A stretch of 63,969 nt of DNA, counting the filler, from Catajapyx aquilonaris (taxonomy: Eukaryota), in assembly GCA_000934665.2 (NCBI GenBank). It is 2 parts of 2 records of this genome, joined end to end, with 100 filler letters (N's around TTAATTAATTAA, not from the genome) between each part and the next. Parts side by side here need not be neighbours in the genome. Positions count along the whole stretch, not along the records: positions 32,079 to 63,969 come from KZ539153.1; 1 more part is not named here. The stretch is one strand, 5' to 3'. Positions 32,079-47,400 of this stretch are shown piece by piece; the first letter of the stretch is position 1; each line of letters opens with the position of its first letter. The position numbers were made by a program, and so were the translations under genes. Below the pieces are notes generated by a model. It was not told the origin of the DNA, did no database searches, and worked only from the letters and a program-made list of their open reading frames with translations.

Positions 32079-35000
32079 GGCTATATTGACTCTCAAAAAA
32101 AAAAAAAAGTTTTGGGACTCAGGTGGAAAGGCGGCTTGATGTGGGGGTTTTAGGGCCTGAAAAGTTGAATCACTCCTCCCAGGTTATTTTGGCTATTGTG
32201 GGAAATGAATCCCGAGACTGCGATATCTTTTTCCGACGGGACTAGATTAGCTTCTCCAAGGCGCCGGAGCGGTAATAAGCGCACCCCCCCCNCCCCCTTC
32301 ATGTCGTGACTGGATCCTCTTTTTCATTTGCCGAAGACCCTGGTCTCTCTTAACTACACAAAAGGGCGCAACTGGTCGCATAATTGCGGCTAAGGCTCTT
32401 CCGGAAGCTAGGATTTTTTTTTTTTTTTTGGAGAAGCCCACCCACCACCCACTCCCGGAAGTTTGTTTATTGTGTGGGAGGAAAAGAATGGGATAAGAAA
32501 CTGTGGTTACTTCCTCTTGTTGACGGACATTCTTGAGCCAGATTTCTCCCAATAAGCTGAAAAGTGCACTGGCGACAAGTGGAGGGCGAGACGGATGACC
32601 CCAAGGGTGGGTGCCAGAAGTAATGGCTCTAACGACCCTAATGACAGACGCGGGGGAAACAAGCGATGGTCAGTGTGGGGGCCAGCTGGTGACCAGACAG
32701 ACGGTGGTAATAAACAACCACGACGCCCTCGTCCGACACCCTTTTCCTTTCAGGGTTTGTTGTTCCCCCGACCAGGAGCGAAAGCCACGCTTGTTGCTCG
32801 CTACCGGCTGCGCTTGTTGTACACACCACTAAGTCATGGTCAAACCCACGAAATTGTACGTTGTAATGTTCCGACTCGGGATGTGAAAAAATGTCCTGAC
32901 TTCAAATCGGGACCGCCTCTCAATATTGTCTGAACTTGGTATGTGTATTATGTCAGCAATTCCTATAACATTGGTCAGTAATGCGTAATTTAATAATTCA
33001 TTTTTAAATAATAAAAAAAACATAATAATTTTAGTATATTGTCGAGATAAGCCAGGGATGATCATACTAAAGATGTCCACTGCGACTGCGAGCTTATTTT
33101 GGCCTAGCTCTAGCAGCCAGCAATCCAAAACCATCAGTCTGGTCCCCTCTAGGTGTAACTTGCAAAGTTTCTGGTGTTTCCCTGGTAATAAATGGAAGGC
33201 CAGCTACAGCATTGCCTTTTTCTCGTTTTTTGTACATTTTTGTTGTTTTTTTTTAGCTAGGCGAAAATGGTGCTTTGGTTTCTGGCTGGGGAAAGAGGGG
33301 GGAGGAGGAGGAGAGAGAGAGGTCAAAAAGGTGGCTTTCGTGGGTTCAGGTCGTCACGAAGGAAGAGGAGAGTCGAGTAGAGTAGAGAGGGACCTCGGTC
33401 GGCTCTTTGCCCCGCAGCTGCCTTTCCCAAGTTCCCCGAGTAAACAACTTTGTTCTAGGATTCCGCGGCTGGTTTCTGGGAGGGATGGTAGGGGGGGGGG
33501 GAGGAAGGCGGAGGGGGTTGGCTTTTACGCCCTCGGTACGCTGATCAAATTATGCGACCCATGCCCCGCTGAAATCTTCTCGCCTTCTTCCAATCGGGCT
33601 ATGCGGTGATGGGGACACAGGTGGAGCCAACTTAATAAATTTTTTGAGGAAAAAAAAAAAACTTGAATCATTAGTGGGCAACTAATTTTTCTTTTTGGCG
33701 CACCCAGTGGGCAACCAGTGATAAAGAAGAGGGATTGAGGAGGAGTGTCGGCCGGGTTGATCCTGGGCCCGGAACTGACAGGAAGCGAAATCCTCTAGGC
33801 AATCGTTCCTGGGGTCTTTTTCTTCATCGCCAGCCTCCTCATCCATCACCCAGGGTTTGACGCGATTGTCCGCCGGAAGAATCCAGAAGTGGACGCAGCC
33901 CACTTTCTTCGCGCCTTACTTGCCCCGAGGCTAGACGTTAATCACACCCTATGCTCTTTACATGTTGCGCACTGCTGACACACGACGGTTAAATTGCAAA
34001 ATCCCACAGGGATACGGTACTGTAATTTCTTATTAATAATAATGATTAGCTGCCCCAGCAGTTGATTGTATGACCACAGAACAGGCGTGGAAAAAAAAAG
34101 TAACCATTTGGATACAATGGCCACAAGGTGGCGTGCATAATGAGTGATTGGACAATGCAGTTACGTCGAATTAGCCCAACTTTTCCGACAAATCGGTGAC
34201 ATCATGTGCTAAGCGGGGGGAAGGATGGATGGCCAGCATTTATTATGTGTGTTGCTGGCGACAACTGATTAATTGCGGATGGCGACTGCGAAATTTTGTG
34301 GGAGGGGAGTTGTGGACCTGACATCCATGCATGTCCGAGTGGGGTGGGGGGACACTTCTTTCATGACGAAGCGCACATAGCCAGATACCATCAAACCAGC
34401 AGATTTGTCGGGCCCAAAATATTAGGAGCGGCCTCTCTCCCCTAGCCATTGTTGGCCCCTCCACCATTTAGTGCAAAATTTTCTTCCGAAATTGCATTAG
34501 TTCAGGAAGTTGGCGTCGCCTTGCATGCATTAACCCTGCGCGTTGCTGCAGTTTTTACCAGTTGCATGTAAAATGGGTGGGCGTGTATGCTAGATCCCCC
34601 TCATATAGTCGGCCCAGGTTCATGAGGGATATGTGGGGAGCACGTATACATACAGTATGAGTTGGGGGGGGGGGAGTGAGTGAGGGGGGGCTCTCTCCCA
34701 AGGGATTACGGTCCTGCCGTTCATTTCTGTCCCCACCCCCCCTAAGGGGAGTCTATGAGGTGGCTGGAGAGAGGTAAAAGAGAGAGCGTGAGCATCACAG
34801 AGAGGCCTTGTTTTTGGCTCAATCGAATTACTGACCAAGCCCCCTGCCCACAAAAAAAGACGTCCATCGGGCTGTTGATTTTATTAGCACCGATTCCCTT
34901 TGATGCTTGGCACAGGAAGTAATCCAATAAGGCTGAGTCCCGTTTGGACAGGTTCGTTCTCTGCAGGCTTCCCATCCTGCCTCAGGTGGTGAGCAAGTGA

Positions 35001-38000
35001 CAAAGGCAGCAGGCCAGGCCTATATGAGTGGAGGATATGGCTGGGATAGAGAAGAAGGAGAAGGAACTTGGCTCGTGTTGCCACATTGGAAATCCAATAG
35101 ACGCGTTTTCAGGGGATGCTACTGCTTCTGCTGTATACCACATTGGCTGGCTTGGCTGGCTGGGGGAAAAAGTACTCCAGGACAAATCCACCAGAAAAAA
35201 AGAGTGCATTTGCTGTCTGGAGCTATTTTTCCAGGATGAGAAGCTCAGCTTGGATGTGGCTGGTCAGTTGTCTGGCTGAATCTCAGCAGGGGAAATTCGG
35301 CCGGCGAAGTTGCCAAACAGGATTTTCAGGATTTGTCACCAAGGGTTACTTAGCTAATTGTTATTTGCGTAAAGGAAAACTGTTAGTGAGTAAATGAGTT
35401 GGTCAGGAGTTGGGCCTGGAGGAAAACACCGACTTTTATGCCGAACTCATGTGTGAATCCGACAGTCACGATGACAAAAGAAGCAGTGTAGTGTCAAACC
35501 TCCCATCACGCTGCCAGTTTCGGAGCGGATACAGTCGAATTGGTATTCCCCGCATATGACCTCCACTTCTCATTAGCATCAGTCTCGTGACCCATGGTCT
35601 GTCGGGAAACAATCGCCCCTTGAATCCGCCATTTCCATCACTCTAGGTTACCGAAAGCTGAAGTTGTCCGATCCAAGAGTGACACAATATTGTGCCAGAC
35701 AGGATTTGCTTCGTCCAGATTGATGAGTGATTGAGGGGTGTATGGGCCTAGAAAAGGTCACACATTATTATGCTCCGGTCATCTCGCATCTGCGCTCCAC
35801 ACACACACACTGGAGACTTGTTGGCGATGACACATGAATGGGACAGCCGCTTTGACGCTGCGACGTGGCTCTCGGGACATCCATCAAGTAGGTGGGTGGG
35901 TGGGGAGGACAGAAGTGGGGAGAGGAGGGAGGCAAGCCTTACACACCCAAGGCAATAAACAGCAAACTGGATAATCTCCCCCCAAGTCTGTCTCTCCAGG
36001 GAGTCCAGTCCTCTCCGATTCCGGTCTGATATATCATCGTACAAGTCTATCTATCTCCCGCTGGAAGAAAATGCCATGTTTTTCCGCTTATTGGATGCTG
36101 TTTCGCAGATGGTCGCCGTGTATGTCATGGCAGGCGGTATTGTAGCCTTGTTTGTGGGGCCTCCCTGCAACCCCTCCTCCTTTCTGCTGTACAACAGTTG
36201 GGACCAAAGGGTTTGGCTCATGGCCCGATGCTGATGCCTCTTTTCGCAGGCACGGATCTGGTTCGGTTATACACGGTTGCCAGGAACAGGAGACACTCAC
36301 TGCAGGTTGTTCGAGGTCAATCGCAGGTCACCCGATTTTTTCAACCCCCATCTACCCCGCCCATGCCCTTACCCACCACATTTGCTCTGAACTAGTTTCC
36401 ATCACATGACTCGAATTCCTGTATGTGTAAATGGGAGCAACGGCAACCATGCCTTGTTATGGTATAGCCGGTCCACGTGCCGAATATTCCCCTAGTTGTT
36501 TGTTATTGGGCAGTAGGCTGACATTGGATCCGGTTCGGGTGGGGGAGGTGGGGGGGGGGGGNGGGGGTGACAAAAGTAGATCATGAGCGGCGGGGGTCAG
36601 TGCGCGCGTTTTCTCTCGGTTCTCACTTGGCCTATTGTACGCCGGGTGACAAGTCTCAATCGCGGCCTTTGTCACCAGGGGTGGGGTGTATAGAAAGAGC
36701 TTTGTCCCGCAGGCGCTGCCTGTCTGTTTTGGCTCCGAGGGATTGTTGGGGTAAAAGATTTCACGTGGGTGCTGCATCATTGGTTGGTTTACGTCACCCT
36801 TGGAGCTGGCTGGCTGCAAGCTGGTCCAGCGGGTAGACCTCTGGGAGGTTCGGTGTCCGATGGTGTCCATCATACAGGAGTGGTTGTCTCGTGGGCGATG
36901 CTGCTGCTGCTTCACCTTCAATGAGGAGGGTGGACGGCTTATTTTTCCTTTTTGTTGTCGGACGGTGAACCCAAGGGGCAAATGGAGCCGAGCCTCCTGC
37001 TTGAATGGAATACATCCAGAAGTCGTGGGGGTTACTAGCTAATCGGACCCATCGATTGTGATTCTCAAACGTTGCGGTCATTTACGGCCAGATGAGAAAT
37101 GGCCCAGGCCATTCGATTATAAATCACGCGTATTATGGAGTTTTTATGTACTGATATTTTATTATCAGTGCCAATTTTTTTGGGGTGTAATGAATTGGTT
37201 AATAGCTTACGTCACTTGTGAACAACTTGGCAGAGCCTTCCAATATGTTGCGGTTTCAGTTAGTGATGATTTCATATGAAATTGCTTAATAGTAAGGCTC
37301 GGTAACATTTTAATTTTTGCATCAAAATATTAGCCACTGTTATTAGGCGGAATAAGGCATGTTTTTAAAGCACCGCACTGTTGCGAAAAAAAGGTCTCAA
37401 CCATTGACCTCAGGTGCTATTGGATCAAAATGGGTCATCTGCAATGTCTTTACCTGGGAAATTCACTGCTTCTAATCAACATCAGATTATATGCTAATAT
37501 GATACATTAGACATCCTCCCTAAACTATTCCAGATGAACGACTTTAATGATAAGCAATTTGTTCGAATAGTCGCTAACTGACACGGCCCCACCTATGTCA
37601 TCCCGTAGTACAATGGGAAAGTGCGCACATCTATCTATACTGTAATTGTGTGCGTGCACGTTACGCGGAAGTCCATAATGTCCTTGTCAAAGAGCTATAA
37701 TTAGGTGTACAGCACATACGCGACCTTTCTTATTCTTCTTCTCTCATAACCAGGGCTTTTTAAGACGGCGCAGAAGCCAAAGATAATGACCATGTCATGA
37801 TCGTATCTTTCACGACGTGCTGAATTCATTCTATTCAAACCAGCAATCATCAGAGTACGCCCCTGCATGTGACAACTTACATAATATTATCGCATGAGAT
37901 GGAACGGTCATAATTATGCCCTCCGAACAAGTGACGTCATGCCTATAAGGCGCCAAAAGCCGGGCCGCTTGAATGTACGTGCCATAAACATTTGATAACG

Positions 38001-40571
38001 CCGCATACAATCAATCATTGAAGCACAACAGAAGCCCCTGTCTCAGCACCGAGCAGGCAGGGCCATATAGACTGCAAACACAGGTCAAAAGTCACATCTC
38101 CCGAAAATAGATTGCCTATGGACCAGCTCCAGGTCGCCCTCCACCCCACTACAAATCAGCCCTCCCCTCTTACCCGTGGTCATTCATGAATATCCTATTG
38201 GCGAGGCCGAACGACACCCATATTGGCAGAAAATGCAATCTTTTTGCCGTATTCTCCCGTATCCCGGGGCAAACTTTCAATATCCTTGTGTCATTTCCCA
38301 CGTAATACGGGTCCTATATTCCCGTCCACCGCCCTTCCCATTCAAGGCTTGGCCGCCACCAAGCCTGGCGAGGGACAGGAGAAAGCTCGCCTCTGACTAT
38401 AGGTTAGGTTAGGCAGAAGAAGCGCCTGAAGAAGGTGATGGAAATATGAAATCGGGGGAAGGGCGGGCATGGGAGGACAATGTTGCCTTGATTTCATTTG
38501 GAAAAGAAGTTGGACCTATTTTTCTGGAGTTTGAGGTTAAGCCAGATTGATTTTTTTTTCTCCATGCATTTTGGAGTGGTAAGATAAGTGGTCGGCGCCA
38601 ACCTTCCGTGTATTGACTGCAGGAAAATGGGAACGGGCAGTTTTCCCAGCCAGGGCCAGTCCAGCAGAACCATTGGACTCCGATGTCGTCTCCAAAACCC
38701 CCCCAACGACTGGCTGGGAAGGGAGAGAACCCTACCTTTTCCCCATTTCCGGCTACTCAGCATCGCCCACCAAAACCATTCCTAGCTCTCTCAAGGCAGC
38801 ACAGCATTGCCTCGCCTCCGAACAATTGATCTCGGCAACGGGTTTCTGATATTCATAATTCACCCCGGGGCTATAGACCCCACCCCGTGGGGATCTATTG
38901 ACCCACGGGATCGCACACTCCAATATTCTCTACCTAATTCCGCGTTATCTTGATCGCTGGCGACAGCGCCCACTGGACGGACGCATTTCCTCGGAAGAAA
39001 AGATAGCTCCGGTTGGATGCAATATCGCTGCTGCCGGGGAATGGGGAAATTGAAGAGAGGAGGCTCAGGGAGGAGGGTGATTGTGTTGGCTGGGTGGGTG
39101 GGTGCAGATGGGGATCATTTTGCCCACGAAATTTGTTCCTGGACCCAGGATGGCTGATTTGGCCGGATACGTAACGACTCCTAAATAAAAATGGCTCCGG
39201 ACGAATTTAGGAGACACGGGAATGATGACTTTGCGAAGAACGGAGCCTGCGATAATACCTAGGGCCCGTACCAGGCTGGTTCCGGGCCCAAATTTCTGAA
39301 CAGTTTGATTGCTTTCAAGTGCAAACAGTTGCAGAGCGAGGCAGCAGCGGCATAATCTGACGCGGCCCAGTCCGGCCAAGAGGGGCGCAAGTTTCATCTT
39401 CACCGAGTGGCCCTTTGTGTCAACACTGCTAAGGCCGCGGCGACCTGGGAAAGAACATTGACCGCTTCTTATTATGCAAGACCACGGCTTCTCAGAATGC
39501 TCCTTCCATGAGAAATGAGCAGTGCTGACCTGAGCCCCAAGCAATTCCACGTCCTAAAAGTGAAGGGCGCTCTTGGAATATTCCACCGCTGTCGAGTCAC
39601 CTCGCACTTTTTTCCCCCCCTTTCTTCCTTCAACGAACCTATCGGAATGCAAACCAAATGGGGACCTAAGTACGTTTTAGCCAAGCCTGTGATTACAAGG
39701 CACAGGTTCTGAACCTGCACTTTACGGCCTCCCTCGTTCCGCCGTTACGAGGCCATGTGTTGAACCCCGCCGAGTAAATAAGGAAACAAAGCTTGTCTTG
39801 TAACGTCCCGGGCCCATAATTAAGAACAGAGACGGCGTTTGGGTCGTCCCCTTCTGGCTTGGCTCAAACCAGATGGTCAGTGGTCAACTGACCTTCTTCC
39901 GGCCATCTGAGGAGTCAGTCCCCTCCGGAGCAGTCGCAACACTTGCAGGGCCCATCTCGAAGCGGCAGGTTCTTTGTCCGATCCAGTGCTGGTGAGTTGC
40001 TATTCTGAAAATTGTACTTGCACTTTGACCCTACCTCCACACAGGTGGTCCACTTAAAAAAACCGCCCCCTTCTGGAGCGCCCTTTGATTAAGCCGGCTC
40101 GTGACCTTTGTCCCGATGCAAATAGGCATATGTGTAGTCGAAGGGGAGACGTGTCTTAGCATGTGTGTGGTCACAAAAGGATCGACGCGTGTCGCAGAGC
40201 CTTGCCCCGGGTCTCAACCCACCGGCCTTTTTCAAACACGGTCAAATCCTCCGGCCGCCGTCGGAATACCAAATCCGGGAGCAAAGAAAAGGAAGGAGCG
40301 ATTCCCGAAATGTTTTTCATGTCGACACCCCCCCTTCTTCTAGAGACGCTTCTCCTCCATCCCCACTTTCTTAATATTCCAGGCGTGTCAGCCAACCCGT
40401 TCGCCCCGCACACTTTAATTGAAATCCCTCACCACCAGCATCCGCTGTCAGGTTTTCATACCTTTTTTATACCCCTTCAAGGTAGTCCATGTGTTTCTTT
40501 GTTGTTTCCCCCCCTTATTTTTTTCACATTCTTGATGCACTTGCGTGTGTGTGTGTGTGTGTGTGTGGGGG

Positions 40572-40751
40572 NNNNNNNNNNNNNNNNNNNNNNNNNNNNN
40601 NNNNNNNNNNNNNNNNNNNNNNNNNNNNNNNNNNNNNNNNNNNNNNNNNNNNNNNNNNNNNNNNNNNNNNNNNNNNNNNNNNNNNNNNNNNNNNNNNNNN
40701 NNNNNNNNNNNNNNNNNNNNNNNNNNNNNNNNNNNNNNNNNNNNNNNNNNN
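40572..40751. other. Assembly gap (180 N) flanked by (GT)n and poly-G
   Basis: N-run with a GT microsatellite at ~40545-40567. Confidence 0.95.
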
Positions 40752-43700
40752 GGGGGGGGGGGGGAAAGGGCTACGTAACTGCCGGTACATTGGGGTCCGG
40801 CCAAATGAGGTGCGCTGCTGGAAGTGTCGTTAAGATTATGGGCGAATCAGGCCCGGTTGTAATTCCACGATTGCATCCTAAATTGGGGACGCCGCGTTGT
40901 TTCTCGGACTGTGGCCAAGGCTGGTGGCGGCCACTTCTTAGGAATGCCAAGTGGTTCCTGGACCGACGGTCGGTGTCATGTAAATATATTCCGGCGAGGG
41001 TCCAGGAGCCTGTGGAGGGTCTTTTGGGAAGCATTTGCGCTGCATTTGGCCTGGGGTTTCTGTTGCTGTTCAAGGACCCAGCCAGATGAACTCCCAGAGC
41101 TTTAGGAGTTTTGCTGCTTTGTTGTGGCAGACGTCGAAACATTCAGCATAATGCTAGCGTTGTACTTGCGCACTATTCCGTAACTGGTGGAAAGCAAAAA
41201 ATAAAAAATAAAAAAATCGTGAAATAAAATATTTAAAAAATATTAGCTATATAGATAATATTTCAAAAATATATTATTTCATGTATATTTTTTGCCAATC
41301 ATCTCCAATTTTTTAATAAGCTGTAGCTGTTGAAAAATTGGAGATAATTTTACCACCCATATCTGCAATGGGTGCGATCAAAATAATTTGAGATCACGTC
41401 TCTAGCCTGCGCGCGCATTTGTTTACAGGCGCGACCACTGTAAATAAATGCGAGTAGTCGCCTCGTGAATAATAATAGATCAATAATAGTTCCCACGCGC
41501 TACGTTTATCGCCTAACATGTGGACAATCGACACCCCCCCACCCCCAACCCCCATCCTCCATATTCGTAAGGGCTAGTTTTTATTCACCCTCAAAAAAGT
41601 GGTGAAAAAAGTCTCAAGTGCTGGGGCGTAAGAGGCGTCGCCGGCGTCGCGGTCACCCCCTAATCACTCGGCCTGAGTTCAATAGCAGAGCAGAGGCCCT
41701 CGAAACGGGGGGAAATCGCTGCTTCTGAATAGAATTATTGCTCGTCTATTGATTCAGGAGAGAGACAGGCACAAGGAAAGAGCCCCCCCCCCCCTNGAGC
41801 CCCCCCCCCCTCCTCTCTCTCTCCCGCCTCCCTCCCCCTTCCCTTCCTCCTTCTCATTCATGTTGGGCGGGGACGACTATCGAAAAGCCCTGACTCATTT
41901 GAGCGGCGCTGTAAGGAGTCAGGAGACACGCCGCAAGACCCGCAGATGACCTGCACCGTCTGAATTAGAATTGCGCCACCGAAAATTTTAGGCTATCCGA
42001 CTAATCACCGATAGTATGAGTGCCGGCATTGTTTAGCGATTGAAAAATTGCTGGAGTCTGCTGTACGTGACATCCTGCATGTCTCCTCCACGTCACGGAC
42101 CAGGATCCCCGATGCAAGTCGCGTTTCAACGTGGTTGACCCTAAAAATAGCGCTGCTATAGATCCTATCTCCCGGAGACAGATTTAACGCTTTTCTCCCC
42201 CGTATAGCGATTTTTTTCGTTAACAAAAATCCGGGCAGCAGTTGAGGATTTCAATTCCGCCTGACTCCACCTCTCTCTTTTGTCCAGGACGTGGTCGGAT
42301 CATACGTGTTGCCATGCGAATAGAGAATCTGTTATGGTATTGGGGCGGGGGAGGGGCTGGAGTGGGATGGGGGGATGGGGTAAAAAAAAATCCCCGATGG
42401 ACACGTACAGGGGCACACGGGCAAAGGACGCGGTGTCAGAATGCGTGGCTTCCTCCCCTTTGTTTCCCGATGAAAAGCCGGAGAGCCAATCGACTATCCA
42501 GCGGATGTGGAAGAGGGAGGCGAAAATACAAATGCATATGAGGTGGACAATGGAGGGGATATTGGTTGAGGAAAGTGTTCATTGGCCATAATAAGAGCCG
42601 AGGCATTCAATCGACTCGTATGATACGCATGTCACGTTTTGCGGCTTGTTGGGGTGCCTTGTAAATATGACGGACTGGAGTGGGTTGAGGAGAGGTATGT
42701 GGCCCGTCCAACACTGGACTGATTTATGCAAGGGGAAGTACATGAAACAAAGGCATTTTTTTATACGCCGTGTATCGGGTATGGGATGCAAGGCCGTGCG
42801 TTACGGACAACGAGAGAAATCAGGGGAAAAGGTGCGAGTTATGCAACTCCGGATATCCGAACCATCAGTGGCATATTACTCTGCCATGTTATGCGTATCT
42901 CCTTCCTCTGCGTATCAATTTTTTTTGTCATCCAACAAACGCATTGCGCCGTCTACTGCCCTGTACAATCGATCGGTCAGTAAAGAAACCCGGGAAGAAA
43001 AGTCCGAGCTGGCGCGTTGGATTCTTGTGGGAGGGACTCTGAGGGCTGGGTTTGGCCCGCCCACACCATTGAACTGACCGCCAGACTGGCCTTTCGGAAG
43101 GGGCTTGCTCCCCATTTGGCCAGCAGGACAACCGTTTTCCGGAGTGGAAGGCAACGACGCCGGCGTACGATTGATTCTTTCGGGATCGGTCAGGACGTCC
43201 GGGTATTGGCGATTGGATTCGGCCGAAGGGACCCAGAGTGGACAATCAGCCCATGGGGTTGGGCTACACTTTGTCTATAGACTGGGGATGTGAGAGGTAC
43301 TGGTCTAGCCCTCCATGTTTTTGTACCAGGCCAGGAGGGATCCTCATAAATCATGCGGATAATTAAGCCATCGTCGTTTTACAACTGGATGGATTGGTTT
43401 GCAGTGCGGAAAAACCTCTCGATAATTCCAAGATACAAAGAGTGATTTGTTTGCGGACAGTGTAATTACCTCGTATCCTCTGAAAGCGTTGTCTTGCTAT
43501 GAAAGCAGTTAATGACTTTTGGGGTGACCAGCATCCCTTCCACATATCAATCAATGTGTGGCGTAAAAAATGTGGTTCTCTCGGGACTGGAATACAGTTT
43601 GTCCGACAGCTTCACTCTCCTGTGCACGTCCTGTGGGTTGCGTGCCGGCGCGGGTTGGGTGAGCCCCTTTTCAGAGTACCCACTTGTGATGCAAAGCCGG

Positions 43701-43937
43701 TTGACCAGAATGAAATAGAGCGTAATGACCAAAATCTCCAAATAACGAATGAATGAGTCGAATATGAGCCGTTGGAATTAGGTCTGGGAGTGGTTCAAAG
43801 TGCGTATACAAAAGAGGCTTTTGTCCGACAAGGTGGCTTTGATTCTCGCGTTTTTGGGGAGGGAAGCGTAAAAAACAGTTTTTTGTGTTTCGCACGGTTT
43901 GTCTCTAAGTTTGGTCCTTTTTTTTTCTCTTTGACAG

Positions 43938-44489
43938 AACCAGAACTGGTTCAAGACCTGCTGACGTGTGGCGTTTGCCAGAAGGAGTTCGCCCTGGCAG
44001 ACATCGTCAAGTTCATTCAGCACAAAGTGCTGAGTTGCAACAAAGAAAACTACCTATTGGCGTACGACGGCGGAGCGGCCAGCGACGACGACGAAGGCGG
44101 AGGCGGCAGTGGCGGTGGGCCGACGGTCAGCGTCCATAGCAGGAGACCCAGCATCTCCGCGCCCATCAATGCCAAGAAAAGCCACTCCTCCACCTCCACA
44201 TTGCTACAGCTGGATAAGGACAAGCTACTAACTACTGCCTCGTCGACGTCCACGTCGCCACCAGAGGCCCCGGCGTTGCTGGTTCCGCCACCACCGCCTA
44301 GGCCGCTATCTTCCACCTCGCCGCCAACCTCCCCCAGGCTGAGTGCGCGGGAAAACTCGAGAGACAAAGACAGGGGGGTGGGGGCCATTCTGAAGCAGGA
44401 GAAGGACTCCACGGAGGCTTGCGACCGTCTGAACGAAGAAGGGAGGAGTAGGAGAGTCGGAGAGGTCGAGGCCAACAACAACAATACAG
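43938..44489 (+). CDS. BCL11: Internal exon of a BCL11A/B-like (Chronophage/CG9650-like) zinc-finger transcription factor
   Basis: Acceptor ttctctttgacag|43938 and donor ACAG|gtcagt bound a 552-nt phase 1-1 exon. DLLTCGVCQKEFALADIVKFIQHKVLSCNKEN matches the BCL11 N-terminal CCHC finger, followed by RRPSISAPI and a Ser/Pro-rich linker. Other exons were not found in the window. Confidence 0.9.
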
Positions 44490-47400
44490 GTCAGTGCACA
44501 AATTGGGCGTGTGTGTTATTTTCTCTCTGCTGATGATGTAGAGGGGAGAATTATCACCGCCAAGGGTATATGAAAGATTATGGCATTGTGAATATCCAAA
44601 TTGAATTGCATTAGCCTTCACACATTCGCTGTGGGTTTACTCCGAATAGAAGTGTAGCCATGTTTGTGGACCAGCGCGCTGAACAAGTTATATTCAATTA
44701 GAGACAAAATGTCCCGCATTTGAATAACAAACCAGCTGAGCTGTCAGTCATTAGGCTATTATCAACGGGATTCACAACGCCATCAGAATTTGTTAGGAGC
44801 AAATGATAGGGATTACGTCCAGCCGTATATCGATCGATCGGGAGATAGGCCAATGAAACCAGGCTCCTCGGAAGATTCGACAAACCCCCCAGTAAACAAA
44901 TGCCAAAAAATGCGCCTATGCTAATCAGCCACTTGCTATCCTCCTCCCACAATGGAATTACCGGACCGGAGTCTTGGCTGTTATACACCAGATAATAATT
45001 GTGTCTCGTCATTATTGGCAAAACAGACCCTACATTCTGATGGTTGGTTGGGGGATGGGGGAGGGGACCCCACCCACTCATCAACGATCCCTCCCAGTAG
45101 CTGCAACCGGAATCTGATAACGGTCTGGCGCTGCTTCTTGGTGTAAACTCCCCTCCCAGATTGCCATCATCAACGAAACACGCTATAACAACGCAAGAGT
45201 TGCTGCTGCTGCATCGTCTTGCAAAGTTTCAAACCTCCTTCGAATTGTGAATTCCGCCAGTGCTCCGTGTGGGCATACATAATGGGAGCCACAATGACAA
45301 ACAGGGATGTTAGTCAAAGAAAACTTGTACCTGCTGCCCATTGTCCGCCGCAATTTGTATTCCCGGGTGCTAGGGGACATCAGATGGCCCCTGTCAGTCT
45401 GCGGGATCTTATCAGCCAGAATAATGGATAAGAATTGATTATTTTGCATGCTGTTTGTCTCCCCGGTGGTGACCGACCGAATCAGCATAGAAAAAACCCA
45501 TTTATTATCGAATCAGGGCCACCGGTCTAATTTCTCGTGGTGCATGTTTACACGTGGAGCCCCTTGAACCCTGGGTTTCACACGGGGGCCTATCCCTTTC
45601 TATGCCGCGCTCGTAATCGTGATGGCAAATTGCGTTGCGCACGGAGACGTGCTCCAGGATGTCCTAATGGAAAGAGAGTCTGAGACTGCCCGGCCGAGCA
45701 TCCCACTCCGTGACATTAATGCATAAAGAAGGGGAAGGTGGCAGGGGGTGGAAGAAAGCACAAGAAGAAGGAGGGAAAAAAAGCACACACACAAGGGGGG
45801 GGGGGGGGGNGGGGGGGGGGGGGAGATAGGAAAAACAGGCTTCATAAAATTCCCACTTTAGCCGGCTCTACATGGCAAGGTGAGTCGGCATCCTGCTCTT
45901 CCACCGAAAAGGTCAGCGTCCACTCTCTTGACCCGGCTGGTAGGGGTCAACCGGGGTCGGCGCTTTTTGGCCACATATACCACTCATTTGGGAGCCAGGA
46001 AGGAATGCCAGGAGCATTGGCCCCTTTGGGCAAAGTCGTGACGCTGGCTGCTTCCGAAATGGACAGGACGACGGCAGAGCCCTTTTGCTATACTTTCTCA
46101 TTGCGTAATGCAATAATTGCTTTACGAGTCGTGAACCCTGGTCCGCTTGTAACCAGTCGGCCCGGACCTACCCCCCTGATGATGGCAAACGTGCAGACTC
46201 GTAAGTCAAGGGCAGTTTTATTGCCTGCCAGATTGTGGCTCTGGCCCCACCATAGGGAACACCGGGGTGTACCGCACAACCGCTCATATTTTTCGGGGTA
46301 TGGAACAAACAAGGGCTGGGTGGATGCAATATAAAGTGCGGGGAAGAAACGCGAAATTCGCCACGGATGAAGATACCAGTCCGGCGAGTGACCTGGCTGA
46401 CCCCGGACGAGGCGGCGTAAATATTAAATTGCTAACAGTCCTCCGAGGGGTTTTATTATGTACCACGTTTTGGCTTCTGAATCGCCGCGGGTTCTAATTT
46501 ATGCTTCCTGGCATAAATAATGCATTAAGTCAATTTGCGCTCTTCATTAGTTTTTTAAGGGCAATAAGAAGGCGCAGGAGTGATTCATCTTTTCGGGCGC
46601 TCATTATCATAGCGACTGACCGCTGGCGTGACTAATCACCACCATTTGGCCGGACAAGAATGCCAGATTATTATTGAATATTGAAACACACACACGATTG
46701 TTACCGGCGACACTCATCAGATAATCAGTGCGTGGAATCCCCACCACAAAATATGTTCCGCTTGGGAAACACTAATGGCGTAGATTCTCTGTCCAGGGAA
46801 AAAAAGGCGATAACGCAAACGTTGATTGGCCGCTTTTTTTTTGTGGGATTTTGAACAAAAGTGTTCGCAGAGGTACCGGTCTTCCCCTCGTCTGATTTAC
46901 AGCACCCCTTAACCTTTAACTGCGCTCCTCGGAAGACCTCGCGGACCCCCAACTCGAACTTATTTGAAAGAAAAACCGGCAGCGTTGAACATTAAGTCTC
47001 ACAGCAGACCCCACAACTTACAGAGCCGGTGCCAGTTCCGTAACAAAGTCTAATTGCAGGTGACAACGTGCATAACTCACCCATCGCATTGCAAGCGGGG
47101 ATTAGGCCGCGTATAAATCCATCGCGCTCGGCGGGGGCAGCAGATACGCCTGCAAAACGTCCGCACAACGCCGTCAGGTATGGCGCATGGGAACCGGTGT
47201 TAAACGCGTTCATTATCGCATTGTTATGCAGCCTTTCTCCTTCCAAATTTTTTCAACGTGACTTTGCGCGCTATTGTTGCATCTTGGTGAGAGGGCATCC
47301 GTTTTCCCAAGGTCCACTCGGCGGAGGTCAGGGGTGAGCACCTCGGGTCCGTGATTAGATAGCCATCGTGTTTTCGGAGGGGGTTTACCTTCCTCGGGCA

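Noticed and set aside
39700..39780. gttgaacccc as a tRNA/SINE B-box
   Set aside because: No A-box or cloverleaf could be built. No tRNA or rRNA gene was recognised anywhere in the window.
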